Shown piece after piece: positions 39,237 to 53,367 of a DNA stretch of 64,000 bases (within the stretch, counting starts at the first letter, position 1; the number at the start of each line of letters is the position of its first letter). This DNA is from an uncultured Acidobacteriota bacterium (GTDB taxonomy: Bacteria; Acidobacteriota; Terriglobia; Terriglobales; Acidobacteriaceae). The position numbers and the translations under genes were made by a program. Below the pieces are notes generated by a model. The model worked only from the letters and a program-made list of their open reading frames with translations, was not told the origin of the DNA and ran no database searches. The stretch spans positions 77,383 to 141,382 of the forward strand of contig CAWJGD010000027.1 of the NCBI GenBank assembly GCA_963842345.1, in the 5' to 3' direction.

Positions 39237-40436
39237 CTAAACTGCCTGGCCGGCGCAGAATCCCGACGCCCAGGCCCACTGGAAGTTGAAGCCGCCGAGC
39301 TGTCCAGTTACATCCACCACCTCGCCGATGAAGTACAGACCCGGCACTTTGTGACTTTCCATGGTTTTGGCGGATAGCTCGCCGGTATCCACCCCGCCGG
39401 CGGTGACCTCGGCTTTCTCATAGCCTTCGGTGTCCGCGGGAATAATCTCCCAGTGATGGAGGCGTCGCTCCAGCTCGGCAAGGGAGTGGTTGCTCCAATT
39501 GTCCGGCGAGTTTGCCTCCAGCCAGCGGTCGGCAAAGCGGGCAGGCAAAGCCTTGCGGAGCGCTGTTCGCGCCGCAGCCGTGTCGCGGCCAGCGCTTTGC
39601 GCCAGCATCGGCGTAATGACGCCCTGTGCCGGTGCCAGATCGAGAACGACTGCCTCCGGCTGGCGCCAGTAAGAGGAGAGTTGAAGGATAGCCGGGCCGC
39701 TGAGGCCGCGATGCGTGATGAGCATCTTTTCCGCGAAGCGCCGGCGTCCGATGGAAGCGGCGACGCCGAGGGAGACTCCGGCAAGATCGCACCAGCGTTG
39801 CCGATCCGGATCGTCAAACAGCAGCGGAACCAGCGCGGGACGGCATGGCTGGACACGCAGCCCGAATTGGCGCGCCAGTTCATAGCCGAATGCGGTGGCG
39901 CCCAGCTTGGGAATCGAGAGCCCGCCGGTGGCCACTACGAGCGCGGGAGCATGGAACTCATCTCGATCGGTGCGGACGACGAAATGCTCTGGCCGCGAAA
40001 CCTCGCGGATTTCCGTTCCAGTGACGATGCGGACGCCAGCCCGGCGGCACTCTTCCTCGAGCATGGCGAGAATCTGCTGGGCGGAGCCATCGCAGAAAAG
40101 CTGGCCCAGGGTCTTCTCGTGATAGGCAATGGAGTGCTTGCCGACTAAGGCAATGAAATCGGCGGGCGTGTAGCGGGCGAGCGCCGATTTGGCGAAATGT
40201 GGGTTGGCGGAGATAAAGTTTTCCGGTCCGCAATAGATGTTGGTGAAATTGCAGCGTCCGCCACCGGAGATGAGGATCTTTTTGCCGATGCGGGGAGCAT
40301 GGTCGTGCAGGCATACGCGGCGGCCTCGCTTGCCGGCCTCGATGGCACACATCAGTCCGGCGGCGCCCGCACCTAGAATGATGACATCAAAAGTTTGTTT
40401 CACGGGGACGCGATCGGTAGCTATTGACCGCCGCAA
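39237..40436 (-). CDS. HI0933/BaiN-like NAD(P)/FAD-dependent oxidoreductase
   Basis: ORF 39237..40436 has DVIILGAGAAGLMCA, GKKILISGGGRCNFTN and C-terminal GLYFIGEVVDVTGQLGGFNFQWAWASG. Confidence 0.85.
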   Translation of the reverse strand: MRRSIATDRVPVKQTFDVIILGAGAAGLMCAIEAGKRGRRVCLHDHAPRIGKKILISGGGRCNFTNIYCGPENFISANPHFAKSALARYTPADFIALVGKHSIAYHEKTLGQLFCDGSAQQILAMLEEECRRAGVRIVTGTEIREVSRPEHFVVRTDRDEFHAPALVVATGGLSIPKLGATAFGYELARQFGLRVQPCRPALVPLLFDDPDRQRWCDLAGVSLGVAASIGRRRFAEKMLITHRGLSGPAILQLSSYWRQPEAVVLDLAPAQGVITPMLAQSAGRDTAAARTALRKALPARFADRWLEANSPDNWSNHSLAELERRLHHWEIIPADTEGYEKAEVTAGGVDTGELSAKTMESHKVPGLYFIGEVVDVTGQLGGFNFQWAWASGFCAGQAV

Positions 40437-40467
40437 CCTAACTCCCTACCATACAATTCGACTTAGA

Positions 40468-40620
40468 GTGCTGTCCCGTAAGTTCGCTGCATAAATTTCA
40501 GGATGTCATCCTGAGCGAAGCGAAGGATCTATGCATTGCAAATCAAATACATAGATTCTTCACTCGCGCCGCTCGTTCAGAATGACACTTCCAAGGATTA
40601 TTACGCGAACTCCTGGGACG
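40468..40620. repeat. Family A long form (~150 bp)
   Basis: GTGCTGTCCCGTAAGTTCGCTGCATAAATTTCAGGATGTCATCCTGAGCGAAGCGAAGGATCT...GCGCGAACTCCTGGGACG is colinear with 52066..52238 and 51079..51297. Confidence 0.85.
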
Positions 40621-40690
40621 CGACACTTAATCATATCAATTCAAGTTCTGTAGTTTTACGAATGCATGCAGAAGCGAGAGACAGATCATC

Positions 40691-42341
40691 ATGAAGAGCA
40701 CAGCCATGCGGGGAGCAGATGCGCTGCTCGAAGCCCTGAAAGTTGCGGGTATCCGGACGATCTTCACCCTGTCCGGAAATCACGTCATGTCGGTTTTCGA
40801 TGCCGCCGTAGATAACGAAAACGAAATCGAACTCATTCACGTTCGCCAGGAGGGCGCGGCGGTTCACATGGCCGACGCCTGGGCGCGCATGAGCGGCAAA
40901 GTCGGCGTCGCGCTGGTGACCGGTGGACCGGGGCATGCCAATGCGATCAGCGCTTTGTATACCGCCAAGTGCGGGGAAATGCCGGTGGTTCTGCTCTCCG
41001 GTCACGCGCCGTTGCGCGAGCTTGGGCTGGGTGCATTCCAGGAAATGAGACAGGCGGAGATGGCTGCGCCGGTGACCAAGGCGTCGTGGACGGCTCAGTC
41101 CACGGCCACGTTGCCGAAAGACCTTGCCCGCGCCTTTCGCATTGCGCAATCGGGGCGTCCCGGCCCGGTTCATCTGAGCTTGCCGTCAGACGTGCTGGAG
41201 ACCGACTTCAGCGGAAGCCGCCCCGAGGCCGGCGGAGTTCGCGGCGGAGCCGCAGGCGCTGGCGTTGCCGGCGGCGCGGGCGATTGTGCGGGAGATGGCG
41301 AACGCGCAGCGGCCGCTGGTTATTGCGCCTCCCTTGCTGGCCACGCCCCCGGGACGAAAGCTGGTCGACGGGCTGCGGCAGGCTTTAGGTGTGCCGGTGG
41401 TGGTGATGGAGAGTCCGCGCGGCGTCAACGATCCGGGTCTGGGAGCCATCGCCGAGATACTTGCCGAATGCGACTTGATCGTCTTGCTCGGCAAAGCGTT
41501 GGATTTCACTTTGCGCTTCGGCAAAGCGCCGGCCATGGCGGCGCAATGCCGCTGGATCGTGATCGAGCCGGATGTCGAGCTGCTGGCACGCGCGGCACGA
41601 ACGCAAAAGGAGCGCTTGAGCCTGTCGGCGATTGCCGACGCCCGCAGCGCGGCGAACGCTTTGATGCAGGCGGCGGCAGATGGAGGCGCGGGCCGTCACG
41701 AGCAGTGGGCGGCGGAGGTGCAGGCGGCAATCGATTACCGTCCTTGGTCATCCGATGCGGCGTCGTATTCACGAAATGGCGGGATGCACTCGACGGCGAT
41801 GTGCCTTGGCCTGCAACCATTTCTGGACCGCCATGCCGATGCCATCTTCGTCTGCGATGGCGGCGAAGTCGGGCAGTGGGCCCAAGCGGTATTGAAGGCT
41901 CCGCAGAGGGTCATCAACGGCTTTGCCGGGGCCATCGGCTCGGCGATCCCGTTCGCCATAGGAGCCAAGAAAGCATGCCCGGGCAGCCCGGTTCTGACTG
42001 TGCTGGGCGATGGCACGTTTGGTTTCCACATGGCTGAGTTCGACACCGCCGTGCGCAATAATCTGCCGTTCGTGGCGGTCGTCGGCAACGATGCCAAGTG
42101 GAACGCCGAGTACCAGATCCAGGTGCGCGATTTCGGCGAGCCGCGGGCACTGGGCTGCACGCTGGGGCAGGCGACCCGCTACGACTTGGTCGCCAGCGCC
42201 CTGGGCGGTCATGGCGAGTTCGTGGTAAAAGGCGAGGATTTGCCCGGCGCGCTCGACCGGGCGTTCGCCAGCGGCAAGCCGGCGTGCGTCAATGTTTTGA
42301 TTCAGGGGACTCCGGCGCCGATTGTGCGGCGGAAGAAGTGA
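40691..42341 (+). CDS. Thiamine-diphosphate-dependent enzyme (acetolactate synthase large subunit-like); +1 frameshift near 41215
   Basis: ORFs 40691..42037 and 41265..42341 join. Motifs are FTLSGNHVMSVFDA, VRQEGAAVHMADAWAR, TGGPGHANA, and the TPP motif GDGTFGFHMAEFDTAVRNNLPFVAVVGND. Confidence 0.85.
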
Positions 42342-42374
42342 GTTAGAAGGCGCTTTAGGTGCGCCACCAAACTA

Positions 42375-42411
42375 CCCCAGGTTAGCCAAAGGCGGGCGAA
42401 CCTGGGGCACC
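42375..42411. repeat. Repeat family B hairpin
   Basis: CCCCAGGTTAGCCAAAGGCGGGCGAACCTGGGGCACC. Confidence 0.8.
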
Positions 42412-42435
42412 ATTGAGCTTCAAGTCTTGCGCGGG

Positions 42436-43895
42436 CTACCAGATCCCGATCAACTTCCAATAGGGCAAGCCGATGGCGAAGTTGATCAGGAAGCTCACGG
42501 CGGCGACGGCAGCGCCCATCTTCCACCAGGTGCGCTGGTCGACATATCCGGTTCCGAACAAGACGGGCGACAAGGCTCCACCGTAGTGCGTGAGCATGCC
42601 GCCGTATCCCGCGCCGAAGGCAACCAGGAAGAACAGCGGCAGAGCAGGAACCCGCGTAACCACCGCGATGGTGAAGACGACGGGGATCATGGTTGCCACG
42701 AACGCCGCCATCGAGGCGAATACGTACCTGACGCCACGCTCAGAAAAACCAGGGCGGCGATGATGAGCAGCGGATGGAATCGGGTGACGTTGAGGTTGGC
42801 GGCGATTGCTTTGGCCAGCCAGTCGAAGAACTTCACTCGCGACAGCGCCTCGGCCACGCCGATGATTCCGCCGTACCAGATGAATGTGCTCCAGGCCGCT
42901 TTGGATTGCAGAATGGTTTCCCAGGTGACCACGCCGGTGAGCAGACATCCGGCGACGAAGCCGATGGCAACCGCGGTGGCGTCGATCTTGAGAAACGATC
43001 CCAAAGCCCATCCGGTCACCGCCAGCACAAACAGCACGGCGAGGATCTTTTCCTTTGCCGACATGGGCCCCAATGCCGCGAGCCCCTTCTCGGCAATGGC
43101 GCGGTTGTCAATCCTGGTGAGTTCCGGCGGGTACAGCTTGTAAACCACCCACGGAATCGCCAGCAGGCACGCCAGGCCGGGCACCAGCGCCGCTTTGGCC
43201 CATAGCAGCCAATCGACGTGAATCTTCAGGATGCTCTCGCCAAAGGAGAGGACGAGCGCATTCGGAGCCATGGCGGTGAGGAAGGTGTAGCCGGTGGTGA
43301 AGCTGGTGTAATAGAGGACCAGGGTCAGATAAGCGCCGATGCGGCGAGCGGTTGGTCCAGGGTAAGAATCCAGGGCTACGGACACGCTCTGGAAGACGGG
43401 ATAAACCATGCCGCCGGTTCTGGCGGTATTCGATGGCGTCGCCGGACTGATGACCAGGTCGGTCAAGACGGCGACATAGCCCAATCCCAGCGTGGTCCTT
43501 CCGAGCTTGGCGATGAGAAAATAAGCGACTCGCCGGCCCAGTCCGGTGGAGATGAAAGCCGCGCTGATCATGAACGCCGAAAAGACCAGCCAGGCGGTCG
43601 TACTGGCGTAGCCGCTCAGCAGGGCACCCAGATTGCCGAAGGCCAGGCCGGAGATCGCGATCACGGCAATCAAGATCACTGCTTCATCGAAGGGCCGCAG
43701 GATCAGCCCGACGATAGCCGCCAGATAAACCGCGAACAGCCGCCACGCGCCAACACTCAACCCGGCGGGCGCGGGAAGCAAGACGAGGACGAGCAGTACG
43801 GCCACGCACACGCCCAGTTTCCATATTTTGGGATCGAGCTTGCTTTTCTGTGCTGGTTCGGTGCGGCCCTGGCGCACTTCGCTTCCGGCAGCCAT
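42436..43895 (-). CDS. DASS-family (SLC13/CitT-like) divalent anion:Na+ symporter; frameshift at a T5/T6 run near 42745
   Basis: ORFs 42687..44069 and 42436..43011 join. The start is ATG 43895 with an AAGGGAGGGG SD. The protein is polytopic with the PATPSNTARTGG hairpin motif typical of DASS permeases. Confidence 0.85.
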
Positions 43896-44263
43896 AACCC
43901 CTCCCTTTGCGGCCTGTAGAAGACAGGCGTTTTTCCCGGTGTCAATGGTATAGCACCGCAAGCGAACAAGTTGGAAGCCGAAAACGCCGGAGGATTGGCA
44001 TCCCTGACAAACGCCAAAGCGCTCGTCGGAGACCCCGAGATGTGTGGTTGAGGACTTCGGTTGAGTCAAAGGCGCAGGTTACTAGGAAAGATGAAGGGCT
44101 CGGCCGGAAGCGATTGCTCTCGACGAGAACAGCGCTTCCTGCCCAGCCCCTCGGAGGTTCAACCGTCCAGCTAGAGCAGTTTAGGAATTAGTGTGTTGCA
44201 CGTTCACCGCCGGGCTGAACAACGTCCGGCTGCTTTGCCGACTACACCTTTCGCTAAACTGGT

Positions 44264-46601
<2,338 letters not shown>

Positions 46602-46848
46602 TCAATTAGTTGGTCAGCTTCTTATTCATGGCAGGTAAACCTCCTAGTAAACCCTAAGGCATTTACAGTATACGGCAGGTGGACTGCATTGCAAATCAAG
46701 CTGCACCTGGCTAAACCGTCCACCCTGACCGCGAAGCCCGCAGGTGTGGACAAGTAATATCGGGCCGGAGAGGGACTCAGAACGATCCGACCTGGCTCCG
46801 GTGGAATCGTCGGCAGTCTGGTCGCCCGCCACCGAACTCTAGGGGTTG

Positions 46849-48391
46849 CTAGTTGACCTTTGGATTTCGTACCGGTTTGGCTGGGGTGGCGTGCGCGGTC
46901 ACGTTGGGCGGCGTGCTGGCCGTGGGCTTGGGCTCCAGGATGATATAGGGAACCCTGTCCTGCTGATAAAGCGCGCGCAGTTGGTTGGTCATAAACGGCG
47001 GCGCGTGGTCGCCGGCAATGATCACCGTCATCGGCGGAAGGTCCGGGCGCAACACCAGTTTGGCGATCGCCTGGTTGGTTTCAAACTGCACCCTGACCAC
47101 GTTGCAGACCTCGTGATAACGCCGCGTGAAGTCGAAGTTCTCGCAGGGGAATTGCGAACTTGCGGCGGTCTTATCATCGACCGGAAGATGAGCGGTCAAG
47201 GTCACCCAGTGGATGAACAAGCGCTGGTTTCTGCGCGCGGCAATCAGGTCGCCAATGTAGGACGCAACCTCCGTATCGCAATTGCCGGGGAATGCCGAAC
47301 CGCATACCCCCTTCAACTTGGCCGCAAGCTCTTCCCGGAAGATCAACTCCTGGAAGCCGATCTGCGGATACCAGCTTTGACGGTCGAACATCTTCTTGGT
47401 GAATCCGTGCACGCCGATGGTGTGATAGCCGAGCTTGCGGAATTTCCAGGGCAGACACTCGCGGAGGGTATCGGGCGTATTATCTCCGGGGCCATAGAGC
47501 GTATCGCACAACTCCCGCATTTCTCCTCCGACGGTGCCTCCCCAAAAAAGCCACGGAACCGCGACGGAACGTGTACCGGGCTTTCACCTCGGGGCTCTCC
47601 AGAGGGGCGAGCACGGCGTCCTGGTCGGCTGCGTTCTTCAGGCCGCCAAGCGATTCCTCCAGGATGATCAGCACGTTTTGTGGAGATGATCCATCCCCGT
47701 AGGCGAGGGCGGGCGCCGCAAAGTATGCGGCGGACTGAGTCCTTTCCCGGATTGCCAAAGGTGCGAACAGCGCCATGCTTTCCTTGATCTCGGTGGCCAC
47801 CGACGAGCCGACCAGGACCTCGGGACCCTGCGTGGTCCACGAATCGGTAAGAACTCCGCGGGCCAGCCAAACGGGAACGAGCAGAACAGAGGCCGCGCCC
47901 AGCAACAGGGAGGCATGGCGCGATTCTTTCCGCATATCGCCCGCACAGCCCATCCAGGCTATGGCGCAGGCAACCGCCAGCAGAGCAAGAGCCATGGGCG
48001 CGGTGAGCCAAGGCGAGACTTGCCGCAGGTCCTTCAGATAGCGGAGTGCGGTTCCGAAATTAAAATAATAAATCTCGGAAAAGGAGCAGATAGCGTCGGC
48101 ACAATACAGAAGTATCGCCACCATTGCTATATAAAGCTTTCTTCCTCGAAACCAGCAGACGAGAAAGCCCAGGGCAAGGTAGTCGATGGAGATCCAGGCT
48201 CTTCGCACCGGAAGGATGAAACGCAAGAGCGCAAAGATCAGGTTGGGCAGAGCAAAGACGGTGAGCAGGGGCAAAAAAGCGCGCCAGTGCTGCTTGCTCC
48301 AGTCGGGAATCTTCCGGAAAATCGGGAACAACCGGTCCACCCAGTGCGAGTTGGCGTCAGTCGGCACTAATTCCTTACAGCATACCCGCAC
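46849..48391 (-). CDS. Membrane-anchored sulfatase / LTA-synthase-like (alkaline phosphatase superfamily) enzyme; frameshift at an A6 run near 47555
   Basis: ORFs 47480..48391 (about 5 TM helices, NVLIILEESLG) and 46849..47520 (GYHTIGVHG, HWVTLTAHLP, IIAGDHAPP) join. Confidence 0.75.
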
Positions 48392-48466
48392 CGCCTAAAG
48401 ATTCAAGTCATTACCAAGGTGCATGCAGCAATGGCCAATGACTGGTGATGGGCTTCCGGCTAAACA

Positions 48467-48539
48467 ACCCCACGTTAGCCCAATCACCCCAGCGAGCGGT
48501 GCTCGCCGGGGACCCCGATGCGGGCGAACATGGGGCACC
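48467..48539. repeat. Family B hairpin with a family D element nested in its loop
   Basis: CCCCACGTTAGCCCAA[TCACCCCAGCGAGCGGTGCTCGCCGGGGACCCCGAT]GCGGGCGAACATGGGGCACC. Compare the uninterrupted copy at 34673..34710. Confidence 0.8.
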
Positions 48540-48565
48540 AAGGCAGCACCGCCGGGTTTCAGCCT

Positions 48566-49108
48566 TCAACGGGGCAAGCCCAGTCCCCAAGCAACCAGGC
48601 TGATGATGGTGCCCGCCGCCAGAGCCCAAGCCGGATTGCGTTCGCTGCGGAGGACGAAGACCGCTGCTGCCAGGGTGATGACGACCGTGAGGATGCCGCG
48701 GTCGGCGGCGCGGGCCATGACGACGCCTCCCGCCAGGATCAGGCCAATGGTGACCGGCACCAGACCGGTCTTTGCCACGGCGATCCAGGAGGTATCGGCG
48801 TGGCGGTGGACAACCCGGCCCACGATCAGGGCCAGAATCGAGGAGGGCACAACCATAGCCAACATGGCGACAGCCAGTCCGGCCAGCCCGGTGATGTGCC
48901 AGCCGATCAGGCCGACGACAATCACGTTCGGCCCCGGTGCCGCCTGCGCAATGGCATAAAGGTTGGCGAACGTGGTGTCATTCATCCAACCCTGCACATC
49001 CACCACTTGCCGGTGAATGCCGGGAAGCGCGGCAGTGATCCCTCCCACGGCAACGAACGACAGCGAGGCAAAGGTTACAAAGATGCGCCAGAGCAGATTA
49101 TCTTTCAC
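48566..49108 (-). CDS. chrA: Chromate transporter family protein (short-chain, second half of a pair)
   Basis: ORF 48566..49150 with GTG 49108 taken as the start. Motifs are FVAVGGITAALPGI and AIAQAAPGPNVIVVG. Confidence 0.8.
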   Translation of the reverse strand: MKDNLLWRIFVTFASLSFVAVGGITAALPGIHRQVVDVQGWMNDTTFANLYAIAQAAPGPNVIVVGLIGWHITGLAGLAVAMLAMVVPSSILALIVGRVVHRHADTSWIAVAKTGLVPVTIGLILAGGVVMARAADRGILTVVITLAAAVFVLRSERNPAWALAAGTIISLVAWGLGLPR

Positions 49109-49793
49109 GGCGACGCCCCAGATATGCCGCCCCGATGCTGAGCGGAGCAAGGACGGCCACCGCCGGAATCAGCGACACCTTGAGTAACCCTACGGCGATG
49201 AACGCCAGCAAGCCAAAGACAATTGCTATCGCGGTTGGATGCAGGCGCCGCGCCATTTTGAGCGCCGCGCCTATGACCAAACCGGCGGCTGCGGCGGCGG
49301 AGCCGCTGATGGCAGCCTGCACCTGCGGCAACGCGGCGAAGCGCTGGTAGAGCACTCCCAGGCCGGTGACGATGACCAGCGGCATGACCATCAGGCTGAC
49401 GACGCAAACGACCGCTCCTGCCATGCCCTGGAACCTGTCGCCGATCATTACGGCTGCGTTAATGGTATTTGCGCCGGGCAGGACTTGCCCGATCCCCATG
49501 ACCGACGCGTATTCCTCTTCGGTGAGCCAGGCGCGATCTTCGACGATGACATGACGAGCGATGGGAGCGACCCCGCCAAAACCAAGCAGGCCAATCTTCA
49601 GGAAGCCGGATAAAAGATGCCGTAGCGTGACGGTGCCAGCCACTCCGGTAGGGGTTGAAACAGGATTTGTGCCGCTCTGCATGAAAGATCTCGCTGTGAT
49701 CAACTCTTGTTTTTCGTGAGGGGCGATCCAGTCCCTCTCTATTGCGCCCGTCCCCGTTCCCGGCTTTGTCGGGCGATAAGCTTCACGCGCCAA
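49098..49793 (-). CDS. chrA: Chromate transporter family protein (short-chain, first half of a pair)
   Basis: ORF 49098..49793 has FLKIGLLGFGGVAPIA and GIGQVLPGANTINAAV. The start may instead be ATG 49682. Confidence 0.8.
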   Translation of the reverse strand: MAREAYRPTKPGTGTGAIERDWIAPHEKQELITARSFMQSGTNPVSTPTGVAGTVTLRHLLSGFLKIGLLGFGGVAPIARHVIVEDRAWLTEEEYASVMGIGQVLPGANTINAAVMIGDRFQGMAGAVVCVVSLMVMPLVIVTGLGVLYQRFAALPQVQAAISGSAAAAAGLVIGAALKMARRLHPTAIAIVFGLLAFIAVGLLKVSLIPAVAVLAPLSIGAAYLGRRRER

Positions 49794-49984
49794 ATCATAC
49801 CAGTGGCGAGTCGGGACAGAACATAGCTGTTGTGACCGCAGTCATACGCTCAATGCCAGCTCCGGGATACACTAATCCTAAAATAGCGCTAAAGTCAGCG
49901 AGTTCCGAACCGGCGGGGATTGCGCACGGTTGAGCAGAGAGGCGTTGAGCGCAAGTGTTGAAGGAAAGTGAGGATTGGGCGACC

Positions 49985-51104
49985 ATGGAAATGATTGATT
50001 TACGAAGCGACACCGTTACAAAACCTACCCGCGAAATGCGATTGGCAATGTTCAACGCGGAGGTGGGAGACGATGGCTACGGAGAAGATCCGACGGTGCG
50101 CAACCTCGAGGAGCTGGCGGCGCAAATGACCGGCAAAGAGGAAGGAATGTTCGTGGCCAGCGGCACCATGGGAAACCAGGCCGCCATCATGGTTCATACG
50201 AGGAAGTGCGACACCGTCATTTGCGAGGCTTCGGCGCATATTTACGGATCGGAAGCAGGCGCCATCGCCGGACTGTCAGGCGCTCAGCCGCTACCGGTTG
50301 CGGCGGTTCATGGAAAACTGACGCCTGAGATGATCGAGGACCTCATCAAGAGCGACAAAAAAAGGAATGTTTCACGCACGGCGCTGATCGCGGTCGAGAA
50401 CACTCACAACCGGGCAGGCGGCACCTATTACACGCCGGCGGAGTTGGAGGCGATCAAGCGGCTGGCGGGCAAATACTCGGTGCCGGTCCACATGGACGGG
50501 GCGCGGATTTTCAACGCCGCGGTAGCCCAGGGCATAGCGGTGGCAACGCTCGCCCAACATGCGGATTCGATGCAGTTTTGTCTCTCGAAGGGATTGGGCG
50601 CGCCGGTGGGGTCGATGGTGGTCGGAAGCCGGGATTTCATTTTCCAGGCGCGCCGTGCGCGGAGCATACTGGGCGGCGCCATGCGGCAGGCAGGCATTCT
50701 GGCCGCCGCCGGCATTGTGGCACTCACCACCATGGTAGAGCGTCTGGCCGAAGATCATGCGCCACGCGCGCATACTTGCCGAAGCGGTCGCTAATACCAA
50801 GGTGAAGATCGATTTATCAAGCGTGCAAACCAACATAGTCATATTCGATGTGTCTCCTCTAGGAATGAAGGCTGCCGAGTTTATCGACGAGCTGAAAGGA
50901 AGCAACATAAAGGCGAGTGAATATGGCAAATATCTGGTGCGTCTGGTTACGCATAAAGATGTCTCGCGCGCCGACATCGACTATGCGGTGGAGCGTGCTC
51001 GCGAGGCAGTGCAACCGGCAGAAGACGTCGCAGACGCACGCATAGCAGGCCACGATCTTTGCGGGGCGGCACACCGGTGTGGTGTCCCGGAAGTTCGTGC
51101 ATAA
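49985..51104 (+). CDS. ltaE: Low-specificity L-threonine aldolase; +1 frameshift near 50757; the last codons lie in a repeat element
   Basis: ORFs 49955..50794 and 50757..51104 join. Motifs are [49 protein letters not shown] and the PLP lysine in [12 protein letters not shown]. Confidence 0.85.
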
Positions 51105-51297
51105 ATGTTTAGGAGTGTCATTCTGAGCGACCGCAGGGAGTGAAGAATCCCGACACGGCGCGGGGCTGAGGCGCAGTCGAAGGATTTCATCAGAAAGCCC
51201 AGAGCGGCGCAGGGCGGAGCAATTCCTTGGGATGCTTCGCTGCGCTCAGCATGACAGCATGGAATCTGTTCTTCTGCGCGCGGCGTGACGCCCTGAG
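51079..51297. repeat. Family A long form; its GCATAA supplies the ltaE stop codon
   Basis: GTGGTGTCCCGGAAGTTCGTGCATAAATGTTTAGGAGTGTCATTCTGAGCG...CTGCGCTCAGCATGACAGC. Confidence 0.8.
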
Positions 51298-51380
51298 TTA
51301 TGTCACAAACTTTTGGGACACACACTAGCTCGCGCAAGGTCATCAACGGGAAAGACCGATTTCTTGCGAGGTGTTGGCAA

Positions 51381-52040
51381 ATGAAGGTGATGGCATTCAA
51401 CGGAAGTCCGCGAAAGACATGGAACACGGCGACTCTGCTGGCGAAAGCTCTGGAAGGAGCAGCGTCCAAGGGAGCGCAGACGAAACTCGTCCATTTGTAT
51501 GATCTGAAATATACGGGCTGCAAGAGCTGCTTTGCCTGCAAAACAAAAGACGGCCCAAGCTATGGCAGGTGCGCGGCGCAGGATGACTTAACGCCGATCC
51601 TGAAAGAGGTCGCAGACGCCGATGCCCTTATTCTGGGCTCGCCGATCTACTTTGGGACCGTTTCCGGCGAGATGAAATCGTTCATGGAGCGCTTGCTATT
51701 TCCGTATCTGAAATACAGCCTTCCGTCGTCGCCGGAGTCTCTCTTTCCCAGGAAGATACATACCGGCCTCATCTATGCGATGAATGTCACCGAGCAGGTG
51801 ATGAATGAACGGGGCTACAAGAATCATATCGTTTTGAACGAAGGTTTCCTGCGGCGGATGTTCGGCGCCGCGGAGACACTTTGCTGCTTCGACACTTACC
51901 AGTTCGACGATTACTCGAAGATGGTGGCGGATCGCTACAATGTGGAAGAGAAAGCGGCGAGGCGCAAGCAAGTGTTTCCGCAGGATTGCGAAAAAGCATT
52001 CCAGATGGGCGCCAGGTTCGCCAGCACAGTTGTTGCGTAG
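51381..52040 (+). CDS. Flavodoxin-like fold FMN reductase / iron-sulfur flavoprotein-like
   Basis: ATG 51381 (MKVMAFNGSPRK) lies in ORF 51300..52040. It has a Cys cluster (GCKSCFACK...GRC) and the GSPIYFGTVSGEMKSFMER motif. Confidence 0.75.
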   Translation: MKVMAFNGSPRKTWNTATLLAKALEGAASKGAQTKLVHLYDLKYTGCKSCFACKTKDGPSYGRCAAQDDLTPILKEVADADALILGSPIYFGTVSGEMKSFMERLLFPYLKYSLPSSPESLFPRKIHTGLIYAMNVTEQVMNERGYKNHIVLNEGFLRRMFGAAETLCCFDTYQFDDYSKMVADRYNVEEKAARRKQVFPQDCEKAFQMGARFASTVVA

Positions 52041-52065
52041 GCGAGGCGCAACAGGATACAGCGTG

Positions 52066-52238
52066 GTGCTGTCCCGTCGGTCTCGCTGCATAAGTCTTCA
52101 GGCATGTCATCCTGAGCAAAGCGAAGGATCTCCAGTCGGCTAGCTTACGACAATCGAAGGATACATCAGATTCTTCAGTTCGCTACGCTCGCTCAGACCT
52201 GACTACTTACGAACGCTTGTGCGCGAACTCCTGGGACG
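52066..52238. repeat. Family A long form
   Basis: GTGCTGTCCCGTCGGTCTCGCTGCATAAGTCTTCAGGCATGTCATCCTGAGCAAAGCGAAGGATCT...GCGCGAACTCCTGGGACG. Confidence 0.85.
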
Positions 52239-52268
52239 ACGATATTAGTTTATTCAGCAAGGAGCGCT

Positions 52269-53367
52269 ATGAAAAAATCAATCAAAGCCCTGGTCATCGG
52301 GGATGCCATGATCTTGGGCAGCGAATTCAAACTCGCCGCGGAGAAGTATCTGGGAGATGTGCTGGCGGAGACCAAGGTCGGCAATTGGGAGACAAGTTGG
52401 CCGAAGCTTCAGGACAGGCGTCTGGTGGTGGAGAAGAAAGGACCTGAAGTCGAGGTGGTGGATTCGCTGATTCTTGAGCATGGGACAGGACGCGGAGCTT
52501 TTGGCCGGGTTGTTCGTTCCCATTTCTTCCAAGGTGTTCGACGCCATGCCTAAGCTGCGCATTGCCGGCGTGTCGCGTGCGGGGGTCGAAAACGTCAACG
52601 TCGCCGAGGCCACAAAGCGCGGCGTCGTGGTTTTCAATATCGAAGGACGCAACGCCGAGGCGGTGTCGGATTTCGCGGTCGGCATGATGCTGGCGGAGTG
52701 CCGCAATATCGCCCGGGCGCACTTTGCCATCAAGAGCGGCCAGTGGAGAAAGACGTTTTCCAACTCCGACTGGGTTCCGGAATTGAAGGGAAAGAAGGTC
52801 GGCATCATCGGCTTCGGTTATATTGGCCGGCTGGTTGCCCAGAAGCTGTCAGGATTCGGAGTCATACGGCTGGTTTACGATCCCTTTGTGAGCGCCGAGG
52901 ATGTGCGCGCGGCGGGCTGCGTACCCGTGGACAAGGAGACCTTGTTTAAGGAAAGCGATTTCGTGACCCTGCATGCGCGCATGAGCGAAAGCACGAAGAA
53001 CATGGTCGGAGAAAAAGAACTGGCATTGATGAAACCGACCGCTTACGTGGTGAACACCGCGCGGGCCGGGATGATCGATGCCAACGCACTGGCTGCCGCG
53101 CTGAAAGAGAAGAGAATTGCCGGCGCGGGGCTGGACGTGTTTCCGGACGAACCGCCCAAGCCGGATAGCCCATTTCTTTCCCTCGACAATGTGACCTTGA
53201 CGACCCACATCGCGGGCACTACCAAGGAAGCTCTTTCGCGCTCGCCAGAGATTCTCATGGAAGATATAGCGCTGCTTCTCAAGGGGCAAAAGCCGCGGTT
53301 CGTCGTCAACAAGGAAGTGCTGGAACGGCCCGAATTCAAGACATGGCTGGCAGGTATCCAACAATGA
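52269..53367 (+). CDS. D-isomer-specific 2-hydroxyacid dehydrogenase (PGDH-like); +1 frameshift near 52487
   Basis: ORFs 52269..52553 and 52474..53367 join. It has the NAD motif GIIGFGYIGRLVAQKL, plus TARAGMID, GAGLDVF and TTHIAGTT. Confidence 0.85.
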
